From: Schmidtea polychroa
Taxonomy: Eukaryota
NCBI GenBank assembly: GCA_044892525.1
Contig: CM097888.1
Location: 53,816,001-53,880,000 of the forward strand
DNA length: 64,000 nucleotides
Direction: 5' to 3'
The position numbers were made by a program, and so were the translations under genes. This document shows positions 1-10,290 of the stretch, one piece after another (the first letter of the stretch is position 1; each line of letters begins with the position of its first letter). A model generated the notes under the pieces. It saw nothing but the letters and a program-made list of their open reading frames with translations. It was not told where the DNA came from and did no database searches.

Positions 1-219
1 CAAGCGAGGGGAATAAGTTCAGTTTTGTTTTATTATTTAGAAGATGAAGAAATATTTTAGAACAATTTAAAGAAATTTAATTTACATTAAATAAGAAATT
101 AAACTACATGAGATATGATTTAAATATATTTTATAATTTAAAGGACTCTGTATCCTCTTTATAGTCAATAAAACACAATCTGTATGGCAGTAAGCGGCTA
201 CTGCAAATAAATGTCACAT

Positions 220-344
220 TTAACCAAATCGTAATTCAGAAATAAATGGCCCATTAAACCGATGATGCTGGGGCTTGTTGTAATTTTGTAACAGAAATTC
301 TCCCAATGTCATCGCTGCTTTCTTGACGTTTCTTCTTTGAATTT
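220..344 (-). CDS. Putative terminal coding exon of an unidentified minus-strand gene; frame ambiguous (IQRRNVKKAAMTLGEFLLQNYNKPQHHRFNGPFISELRFG* or NSKKKRQESSDDIGRISVTKLQQAPASSV*)
   Basis: Acceptor ttttgattcag| ends at 345. Less AT-rich than its flanks. Two frames are open (40 and 29 codons). AATAAA lies downstream on the minus strand at 29-34. A possible 39-bp upstream exon at 679-717 (GTAAAA donor, weak acceptor) is open in both compatible phases. Confidence 0.4.
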
Positions 345-1940
345 CTGAATCAAAAGTTCATAGTAAATAATTTAAAAATGAATTTATAATTTTTAAACAC
401 TAACTCAAATTTCATTGTTGGCTTTTGAAGAATTAAATTACTTTTTAAATGAATATTTGTTTAATTTTAATTATTTATTTAATATTTTTTAAAATTTTAA
501 AAATTTTACCATAAATTCTCAAATTATTATATTATATTAAATTTGTTATAATTATTTAAAATTTACTACTACTATTAAGTACTATTGAATAGTAGTACTT
601 TGTAATTTGTGTACTAAACTTTTAAAATATATTTTAAAATTCTGTATAAAATATAACAAAGTTTAGTTGATCTTTTACTTGATGACAAACGTTCGGATAC
701 TTTGTTTATATGGGACCCTGTTTTGTGTATGTTGTTAAATTATTGTAGTATATAAACCGGTTTATTAAACTAATTAAAATTCTAAAACTTTCAAAAATTC
801 CAGTTTCTAACAACTCATATTTTATCAGAAATATAAATATTATTTTTCAAGTCAAAGCAGAATTATAAAATATTTATTGTGAGAATGTCATTAAGTTAAT
901 TAATTAAAGCGATTAATTAAATTAATTAACCATTTAATTAAAAATTGATTAATACGTGTTGTTGATTAATGATGTTCTTTGAGTTAATTATGTATATATT
1001 ACTTCTTTGAAAGAAATTTTTCGAGAGATTTGTTTGAATAATATTATAGAAAAAAAGAACTATTTGAATTAATAAAATTTAGAAAACTGTAAACACTGTA
1101 AATGAAAAAAGAAATGTAGCCAACATATTTCCATATGATAATATATCCATGTAACACAAGGTCATTGTAAAATTAGTATTTAGAATGAGATGTCAGTTCA
1201 NNNNNNNNNNNNNNNNNNNNNNNNNNNNNNNNNNNNNNNNNNNNNNNNNNNNNNNNNNNNNNNNNNNNNNNNNNNNNNNNNNNNNNNNNNNNNNNNNNNN
1301 NNNNNNNNNNNNNNNNNNNNNNNNNNNNNNNNNNNNNNNNNNNNNNNNNNNNTTATATAATGAAAAATTATTGTGAATTTTATTTTATTTATTGAGATAT
1401 AATATTATTATTATTATAATTTTTAAAATGATGATTTCTTGGTAGCGACATTAATTAAATGTTAAAAAGTAAATGATAGGATAAGCCATTTGCTGCTTAT
1501 CATTTACTTGTTTAATAATATTATTATACAAATTCATTTTAAATAAGCTATGCAAATTTTTAAGCAGAAAATGCTTGAAATAAAAAATACTAAGAACAAT
1601 TATCAAAATTTCAATAAAGAAAATTTACCGACATGATTTGATTAGAAATCCGATTTAGCTACTGAATTAAATAGGTAAAATGAAATTTATATTTTAGTTA
1701 TTTTTTAAAATTAAATTCATCCAGTTAAAATTTGAAATCATCTAAAACTAAAATAAAGTAATTTTTTAAAAGCTTTTAATCAATTTGTGAAAATTCTGGA
1801 CTANNNNNNNNNNNNNNNNNNNNNNNNNNNNNNNNNNNNNNNNNNNNNNNNNNNNNNNNNNNNNNNNNNNNNNNNNNNNNNNNNNNNNNNNNNNNNNNNN
1901 NNNNNNNNNNNNNNNNNNNNNNNNNNNNNNNNNGCAGCAT

Positions 1941-2089
1941 TTATTATTTAAAACAATAAAGTGATAAATTAAGCCTTTTGCTGCGAATAATGTACTTAAT
2001 GAAAATATTTTCGACTATAAGATTATTTCATTAAATACATTATTCGCATCAAAAGACTTAAATTATCACTTTATTGTTTTAAATAATAA
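1941..2089. repeat. Long imperfect palindrome / hairpin MITE-like element
   Basis: Arms 1941-2007 and 2024-2089 are reverse complements with 4 mismatches and 1 indel; spacer about 16 bp. Confidence 0.8.
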
Positions 2090-3519
2090 TAGTAATGATA
2101 ATAGTAATAATAATAATAGAAATAAAATTAATAGAAATAAAATTATTATTATTATACAAATAAACAAATAATACAAATAATAATATTAATGAATATTTTT
2201 TAATATTGAATGATTTAAAAATAATATTCAGCTTCTCAAATCCAGGTCAACCTTTCTCATCTGTGACTTGAAAATCATAAAAGCCCCCTGACAGTTTGTA
2301 TTTATTTTGAAGAAATATTTGAGGATATTTTATTAGTGGCTCCAAGCAAAGGAATGGAATTATTTATCATTAGCTTCAAAGAAAAATTGGATGAATTTTT
2401 GGATAGGAAATCAAAATTACGAACAATTATCATTGAAATAAAACTTGTACTCGTTCTTAGAAAATAATGAAAAAATCTGAAACTGATATTTATAAATTGA
2501 TCAAAATAGAAGTAAAATGTGCAATAAGTCATAAAATAGTGAATTTAGAAACAAAAATTCATATTTTATTTATTATTGCCAAAGGAATTTAGTGACCCTA
2601 ACATAGAGAAACGTGCAATAAACCTATTTCTATAAAAATAATTTATATTTAATAATTTACACAGAGTTGAATCCAAATAAAATGTTCTAGCATAAATATT
2701 TTAACCTGAATACTTAGAAAGTTTATTTTATATATATATATGCAAAAAATAAATACATTTTTAAGAAAAATAATTTTTTATTATATAATTTATTGAATTT
2801 TTTTTTAATATTATGAACAGTTTTTATCATATTTTTGCCAGTAGTTTTAATATTTGTCATTATTTCAAGTAAGTGTATTTATATTTTCTAAATATGAATT
2901 AATTGAATTTCATAGTATACCTTAATTATGGTTAAACGTACCGTAATTTATGGGATTCGGTGAATAAGCCAATATTTAATATAATGCCTATAATTTAATG
3001 TCAAATTTGGCTATTATACACATCCATTTATTATATGTATGTTTTTATATATTATTGAAACTTTAAAAGAATGTCATTTAGATCAGGACTTTTCAAACTG
3101 GGGTCCGCGGACCCCAAGGGTTCCGTGAGCGATTTTATGAGGGTCCGTATCGATTTTAAATATTCTTAAACAAATAATAAGATGCACACTATTGATTCAA
3201 TTTTTGTGTATGTCTGTGTTATTTAATGATTTTTATTGCATTTAATATTAAAACATTTTACGTCTCTCAACATCGAAAATTGTCTAGTTTATATGTGGTG
3301 TTTTGCATTTATACTTTTGGAATCAAATATAAATTATCTGAAATAAAAATTTATGTGTTTGTATTTTAAATATACTTAAATATCATTTGTTTTGTTATTG
3401 TCCTTATGTATTAATGATTATACTGAAATTTTAAAACTAAATGCAAATTTTCGTTTTAATACATCATTTAAAAAGCTGAAAAACAAATTATTGAAATTAA
3501 TTTGCAATTACTGTAATAT

Positions 3520-4374
3520 CTAATTTCCAGTTATTTCATAAGGCCCTTCATAACGTTCATCCACCTTTCTAGTATTTTCTTTTTTAACCAATACTTGGTC
3601 TCCAACTTCAAAATTCCTATAATTTTGTGTAATTAAATTCTTTTCTATGTTTTGATTATGTTTAATTCCCTCCACAATCTCCCTTCTCCGATTATTAGCA
3701 TCATTATTTTGTATATCCAAATTCTCTTTTTCCATCCATTGTCTACAAATATTCCGCCCAAATATTATTTCAGAGGTCGAAAATCCGGTTGTCTGCTGTA
3801 TCGTCGCATTTAACATAAATTCCACATCTGTCAATATTTCTGCCCAATCTTTATGCCGTTTGTCTTTTAACGTAATTGCAATTGCATCCCTTATAGTTCT
3901 AAATTGCCTCTCAACTAAACCGTTTGTACTATGATGATATGGGCTTGAATATATTATTGTAATATGATGCGTTTTCAACACTTTTAAAAGGAGTTGAGAT
4001 TCAAATGTTTTTCCTCTATCGGAGTGAATGATTTTAGGGGCACCAAATTTCAAAATCCAATTTTCTCTTAAAATCTTTGCCGTCGTCTTTTCATCCTGAT
4101 AAGCAACTGCCGTCAATGATATATACCTACTGAATTGATCAATTATAGCTAAAATATATTGTTTTTCATGAATTGTTTTCTTAAATGGTCCGCAGAAATC
4201 AATAAATATCTCTTTGAAAACTTCATCTGTACTCTGTTTAATCAGCGGTTCTTTTGTTCGTCTTGTCCACGTCTTCCGTTTCTGACACTGTTCACAATTT
4301 TCAATCACTCTTCTAACTTCATTTTCATATTTTTCCGTGCATAATCGTAAATTTTTTTTACCCCTGCGTGACAT
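3520..4374 (-). pseudogene. Gypsy integrase (DDE), truncated in the C-terminal GPY/F region
   Basis: CEQC of the HHCC finger, FIDFCGPF, IHSDRGKTFES, NGLVERQFRTI and YEGPY are present. The stop codon comes from flanking CTAAT. Frameshifted relative to the upstream ORF inside the HHCC motif. Confidence 0.92.
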
Positions 4375-5927
4375 AAGTCTTTATGTATATTAAAAATTAC
4401 ACCTTCATTATTTACTTTTATTTCTTGGTCCATATTTTCTATGGCCAATATTTTAGTTTTATTTTTATCTACCTTGGCGTTTTCATGAACTGTTTGGCAC
4501 TGACTACATGAAGTACAGTCTTTCCTTGATAGGGCATCTTCGTTAGCATGCAATTCTCCTTTTCTGTATTCTAATTTGATATCTAACCCACTTAAATAGT
4601 TAATCCATGTCTGGAATTGTGCTGTTATTGGCTTTTTTGTATTTATCATAAAGGTTATAGCTTTATGATCGGTTCTTAAAGTAAATCTTTTTCCATATAG
4701 ATAGTGTTTGAAATGCTGAGTAAAATGATAGATTGCAAGCAATTCCTTTCGCGTAATGCAGTAACCGATTTCGTGCTTATTCATTGTCTTTGATCCATAT
4801 GCAATAACTTGTTCTTGTCCATTACTACTCAACTGCGAAAGCACTCCCCCAATCGTATCGAAACTAGCATCTGTATCTAAAATAAAGGTTTTTCGTAAAT
4901 CCGGAAATCCTAGTACTGGGGTAGACGTTAACGCTTTCTTTAGCGTGTTGAAATTTGTTTCACATTCTTCAGTCCATATAAGTTTATCTTTGTTAGACCC
5001 ACATAACCTTTCTAATGGTCTTGCATACTTGGCGTAATCTTTAACAAATTTTCGATAATAATTTGTTAAGCCTAGAAAGCTTCTTAAACGTTTAATACAT
5101 TTTGGTTTTTCATATTCTTGCATTGCTTTTATCTTTTCATAATCTGTCTTAATACCATTTTTATTTATAATGTGTCCCAAAAATTTTATTTCTAGTTTGT
5201 TAAAACCACATTTTTCTAAGCTTATTTTCAAACCAGCTACTTGAATCTTTCGAAAAACTCTTTCTAGTCTTATTTTATGTTCGATTTCATTGTCTGCAAA
5301 TATAAGGATATCGTCTAAATAAACAATTGCTTCTCTCCAATTAAGATCACCCAAAACTTCAGTCATTAATTTTTGAAAAGTTGCTGGGGCAGCTGCAATT
5401 CCAAAAGGCATTCGGTTAAAACAATATTGACCATCTTTTGTTGAAAATGCAGTCTTTATTTTTGATTCCTCTTCTAATTCCACTTGATAATAAACATTAC
5501 CAAGATCGATAGTGCTAAATATCTGTGCTCCATTTAGGATATCCATCATCTCTTCAATATTTGGTATTGGAAATCGAGGTCTCTCCGTAATTGCATTTAA
5601 TGCCCGAAAATCCAAACATATTCTAATATCTGATTTATTCTTTTTTAACACACATACCAATGGGCTATTCCACACCGAGTCACATTTTTTTATAATTCCT
5701 GCTTCTTCCATGTCTTTTAGCATGTCTTGTATTTTGTGAGCAATATGAATCGGCTGACGTCTAGGATTAATTGTCACTGGGCTACCTCTAGTAACTATCT
5801 TATGTTTAATTAACTGTGTTTTTCCTACATCCCATTTATTTTTCATGAATATATCCGAAAATTCTTTAAGTAATTTATTAATCGTTGGGTCGATAATTCC
5901 TTTCAAATTGTTTTCCTCTAAATTCAT
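4305..5927 (-). pseudogene. Gypsy reverse transcriptase-RNase H ORF
   Basis: WNSPLVCV, RICLDFRALN, FNRMPFG, IVYLDDILIF (YLDD), FLGLTNYYRKF, FILDTDAS, RKELLAI, LRTDHKAI, then a CxxCxxC motif and the first integrase His residues. Confidence 0.95.
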
Positions 5928-6604
5928 TAATTGATTTTTAATTTTACTTTAGTTACTGCCTGTAATTTAATATCAAAACAATTCATCATTTCTACGCCTG
6001 CAATTACGCTCGGGTTAATCTTATTTGCCACAAAGAATCTTATTACCAATTCTAATCCCGAAATTCTCACTTTTAGTAATATTGTTCCTATGATTTTAAG
6101 TGTGCTCTCGTTTGCACATGTAACCATAATATTGGATTCCCCTATTTTATCATGCATCTTTAATTTACTAACAACATCTTCGCTAATCACGTTTATTCTA
6201 GCCCCGGTATCCAAAAGAAAATCAACTTTTATTTTATTTTCCAGCCAAATACCTACACTAGGTCTGCCATTCATTCTTTCGTAAACGAATTTAGGTGCAA
6301 AAGCTCTATCTTTATTTTCATTAACTTTATTATTAATTATATCGATACTCATAATCTTATCAATTTTGTTATTAATTTCATAAAAACTATATTCAAAATA
6401 ATTTTCAAAGTCAAAACATTCACAATCATTCACAATTACAACATTAATTTTTAAATCATCTTTAAATTCATTCATTAAGGAAATCTTGAAATCACAAGCA
6501 TTCAAATTCAAACATTCTGTGTCAACAATATACTTACTTAAACCAAATTTATGGCTCCTAGCAACTCCCTTGAAACTGGAGCCTCCCCTTTTAGCTGTTC
6601 GCAA
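5927..6604 (-). pseudogene. Gypsy pol N-terminus / aspartic protease, in the -1 frame relative to gag
   Basis: FLLDTGARINVI catalytic motif and VIAGVEMM (ILG-like). Overlaps the gag 3' end. Its stop overlaps the RT ORF ATG (TAATG). Confidence 0.9.
6544..6550 (-). promoter_or_regulatory. Candidate -1 ribosomal frameshift slippery heptamer A AAU UUG
   Basis: Fits X XXY YYZ in the gag frame, one codon before the gag stop, inside the gag/pol overlap; pol is in the -1 frame. Confidence 0.6.
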
Positions 6605-7592
6605 TCTTTTTGCATGTCATCCTGTTGAATCAGCTCTCCTTCCTCGTATTCGTAGTCGTATATCGCATTGCATTGTCTTCGATGTGGTCCTCTGTCTGAA
6701 GATTAGTTTCTGCTTTGATATTGTCCTCTGGATCCAAATTGTTTTTGATTTCTATCATAATTTCTTCCGTTGTAATATGCTTCTGTTTTAACTGAATTTC
6801 TTCTGATGTCCCAACATTGATACTTGAAATGACCATTTTTGGAACATTGAGAGCATTTTACGTTTGGGCATTCTGCTCGAATATGTCCTTGCTCTCCACA
6901 CGCCCAACATCTCTGCAGTCTAAATCGCCTGGTCCCGTTCTTCCAGTCACTTTTATTTGGCATATTGAAGTTCACGGCCTCATTGGTTCTAGAGTTAGAA
7001 AATATTGGCGTCTTATTCTGTTGGTACAACTGAGTTTTTCTCGGACTTTTGACTGTCTCCGCATATGATTTATTTTCATGTAGAGATGCTAATGATTGTT
7101 CACTTGAAAGCTCTTTTTGAATTTCTTCCATTCTTGATATCACTTCCTTGGCCTTATCTACTGATTTAACTTCTCTTAATTTCAATTCTTTTTTTGTTTC
7201 CATATCTTCCATTGCATTCTGCATTAAAAATAACATTAATGCCGGTTTTGTTAATTTGTGTCGAAGAACATTGTCGACGAGCTTTTCCACTTTATTGAAA
7301 AATTCGGTGCACGAGTCATTTCCTTTTCGATATCTTAAAGCTGCGTCTAGATCCATGGCTAGATTTTTCCTTGGCTCGAACGCTTTTCTTAATCTTTCTT
7401 CATAGCCTTAATAATCGCTCTGTACTTCTTCATATTTCTGGATCAACTCTACCGACAGAAAGGCCTTAGTAACAATTTCTTGAGTTTCTTGTGATTGTTG
7501 AGTGAATTCGAAAAATCTCTTCAATTCCAAAATAAAAATTTCTAAATCACCATTTGGCAGCAATTGATTAGGTGGCTTGATATAGTTCTGGA

Positions 7593-7610
7593 GTCCTGGC
7601 GTGGTCGCCA
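7593..7610 (-). promoter_or_regulatory. Primer binding site TGGCGACCACGCCAGGAC, probably for tRNA-Arg(UCG)
   Basis: Starts directly after the LTR terminal CA. Its complement GTCCTGGCGTGGTCGCCA reads as a tRNA 3' end with CCA. The isotype is assigned from recalled eukaryotic tRNA-Arg(UCG) acceptor stems (GACCACG/CGTGGTC-G). Confidence 0.8.
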
Positions 7611-7876
7611 TGTTAGAAAAAGACATAGTTTCACAGAAATATTTATTCACTACAAAAATCTAAACGGAACACACAATCGTTATACTATTTATAGTACATT
7701 GAATTGCGTAATCTACAAAAGGGAAAATTATTAGTTTAAGTGATACTGTTGACACAGAAGACAAACATACTTACTTAATTTAGTTATACAAGCATTCCCG
7801 CATCATTCAATAGATATCAAGGTCTAGTGACCTGGTTATGTAAGTAATTCTTTGGAAATTATTATATCATCTTACA
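7611..7876 (-). repeat. 5' LTR of the Gypsy element (266 bp)
   Basis: TGTAAGA...TCTAACA termini. TATAAATA at 7686-7693 (minus strand) followed by AATAAA about 40 nt downstream. Abuts the PBS. Confidence 0.85.
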
Positions 7877-7974
7877 CTAATATTAAATATTTTATTTATT
7901 ATTGTGGATGGATAAATATGTGAAACGTAAAAAACTAGATATCTCAGAATGCGAGACAAACGAAAGGTAGGAAA

Positions 7975-9789
7975 ATGCGCAATCAGAAGAAAAAGTTACT
8001 ATTTTTTTCAACAAGAAAGCAAAAACAATCATTAAAAGTAAGAAAATATGATAAAGATTACATCAAATACGGGTTTATCGAATGCTCCTCAAAACCAAAC
8101 AGCCCTCAATGTTTAATTTGTGGCAAAATTTTATCAAACGATACAGTAAAACCAGCTAAATTGCAAAGACATTTAATAACAAATCATCCTGATGTAGCAA
8201 ATAAATCGAAAAAACTTTTTGAAATAAAAAGGGAAGAACATGTTAACCAAATAATTTTTTTAAAATCAACATTAATATCAAAAGAAAATTTGCTAAAAGC
8301 ATCTTTTTTAGTGGCGTTGAGAGTCGCCCGTGCTAAAAAACCTCATACGATTGCCGAAGATTTAATTTTACCATCTGCAATTGATATGTGTAAAACTGTT
8401 CTGGATGACAAATCTGCTGCAAAATTGAAACAAATTCCTTTATCTGATAACACGATCGGGCGAAGAATTGAAGAAATATCAAATTATATAAAAATACAGT
8501 TAATCGATAGACTTAAAATGGGATATTTTTCGATCCAGTTGGATGAAACTACAGATGTTGCTAATCAGTCACAATTACTGGCTTATGTGCGATATTGTTG
8601 GGAAGGTGAAATATTAGAAGATTTTTTGTTTTGTCAACCAATGCATTGCAGAACTACTGGAGAGGAAGTTTTTAATGTGATTGATAAATTTTTATCACAG
8701 TCACAACTGTTGTGGAAGGACTGCATTGGCATATGCACAGATGGTGCAGCATCAATGACTGGGAAGCATATGGGTGTTGTGAGTCGTGCAAAAAGACAAG
8801 CACCAAATATTACAATTACACATTGCTTGATTCATCGTGAATCATTGGCAGCAAAGAATATGCAAGAATCATTAGCTCAAGTGCTATTTTCTTGTGTCAA
8901 AGTGGTAAACCTAATTAAAACAAGACCTTTGTACACTCGTACTTTTGCAAATCTTTGTGATGAGCTTGGTGCTGAGCATTCTAACCTTTTACGCCATACA
9001 GAAGTACGTTGGCTATCGCGAGGTAAAATAATACAACGTGCATATGAGCTTCGAAACGAATTGTTAATTTTTTTGACTGAGTATGATTCAGATCTTGCTT
9101 TACTCTTGCTTGATAAAATTTGACTTGGCAAACTTGCTTATTTAGCAGATATATTTAATTTATTAAATGAACTGAACACATCCCTCCAAGGAAGAAATTC
9201 AAACATAGTACGAAATCACGAAAAGATAGCAGCATTTAAAAAGAAGCTTTCTATATGGAAAACAAGAATTGAAAAAGGGATTTTTGATATGTTTCCAACT
9301 TTAGATAATCACATCAACAGCTCTTCTTCTAATACGTTTGATTTAGTAATTTGTGATGTTAGACAACATTTACAATCACTGGCTGAACATTTTGATGTAT
9401 ATTTCACAAACAAAAATACTGAACATTATGACTGGATCCGGTGCCCCTTTGAAGTTGAAAGTACTAACCTGTCCGGTCGCGCACAAGAGGAACTGGCCGA
9501 ACTGTCATCTGATCGAATTTTTAAAAATATTTTTAAACAACAATCACTGTCCTCTTTTTTGTTGTGTGTTGCCTCGGAGTATCCGATATTATCTGATATG
9601 GCTGTCAAAGTTTTGCTGCCATTTTCAACGACATATTTGTGTGAAATTGGTTTTTCAACCCTTACGAATATTAAAACCAGGTATAGATCAACACTTGTTG
9701 TTGAAAATGACGTGAGAGTATGTTTATCAAAAATAGCACCTAGAATTGATAATTTGTGCAAAAACAAACAATCCCACCCTTCCCATTGA
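7975..9789 (+). pseudogene. Buster/ZBED5-SCAND3-like hAT transposase (604 codons) with a single in-frame TGA at 9121-9123
   Basis: BED finger (CLIC...HLITNH), IQLDETTD, ICTDGAASM, HCLIHRE, HTEVRWLSRG, YLCEIGFS and a C-terminal dimerisation region. ORFs 7975-9123 and 9289-9789 are in the same frame, with open sequence between them (DKI*LGKLAYLADIF, where Trp is expected). Confidence 0.95.
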
Positions 9790-10290
9790 CATTATTTTCA
9801 TAATTAGAATTAATTTGCATGTAAATATATGAAATTTATTTTATTAAACGTATTTAGTTAATGTTCTATAATAATTTCTTTTTAATAAATTTAATTTTAT
9901 AAAAATATTAATAATTATATATCAGGTTTTACAAACAAAATAGTAATTTTTTAGTAAAATGGTCCGTAAACTAAGCGTAATAAAAATTAGGGGTCCCTTG
10001 TTTAAAAAGTTTGAAAAGCCCTGATTTAGATCATTACCAACTGCGGTTTTTTGTAGAGGTCATATTTAATTAAAAAAGATCTTATTTAATGTTAATTTTT
10101 GTAATGACACACAATTATAGGCTAGTTTTTTGATTTATTATTAAAGGTCTTGTCAAAATTGTCCTTTTAATTGTGCACAGATGAAGTTGTCTTACGAAAT
10201 AATGTCTTTATTATCTATACAACTCAAAGTTGAGTTTTCGGAGTTTTCGGTCATTATTTTCTAAAAATTTGTAAAAATGTCTGTAAATGA

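Larger units (their letters stand above)
6538..7611 (-). pseudogene. Gypsy gag with two CCHC zinc knuckles and two premature TAA stops (7408-7410, 6703-6705)
   Basis: ORFs 7408-7650 and 6703-7356 share one frame, which continues SSDRGPH...LGAINLV* to 6538. Knuckles CWACGEQGHIRAEC and CSQCSKNGHFKYQC. Confidence 0.88.
3525..7876 (-). mobile_element. Ty3/Gypsy LTR retrotransposon, decayed; 5' LTR and PBS present, integrase C-terminus, PPT and 3' LTR missing
   Basis: Domain order gag(CCHC x2)-PR-RT-RNaseH-IN. 5' LTR at 7611-7876. No second LTR copy to the left of 3525. CTAAT flanks both junctions (3520-3524 and 7877-7881). Confidence 0.95.
3084..10023 (+). mobile_element. hAT DNA transposon, Buster/Charlie group, interrupted by a Gypsy insertion
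   Basis: TIRs CAGGACTTTTCAAACT (3084-3099) and AGTTTGAAAAGCCCTG (10008-10023), 15/16 match. Perfect 8-bp TSD ATTTAGAT (3076-3083, 10024-10031) with the central TA typical of Buster elements. Subterminal GGTCCG motifs at both ends. Transposase ORF inside. Confidence 0.95.

Noticed and set aside
2305-2467. Plus-strand frame FEEIFEDILL...KEKLDEFLDRKSKLRTIIIEIKLVLVLRK, reminiscent of Polinton-associated proteins
   Set aside because: Short, no diagnostic motif; resemblance is subjective.
2821-2868. 48-bp plus-strand micro-exon candidate encoding FIIFLPVVLIFVIIS, considered with 14791-14817 and 27562-27604 as a schistosome-like micro-exon gene
   Set aside because: T-rich DNA encodes hydrophobic residues by default; the pieces could not be chained into a coherent ORF.
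7591-7610. tRNA-like 3' end with CCA on the plus strand
   Set aside because: Only about 20 nt; it is the retrotransposon PBS, not a tRNA gene.
4159-9767. Antisense or overlapping ORFs (4159-4344, 5512-5739, 5931-6284, 6486-6791, 6630-6836, 6817-7068, 7148-7405, 8877-9131, 9353-9715, 9426-9767)
   Set aside because: Shadow frames of the Gypsy and hAT coding sequences. No env-like third ORF exists.
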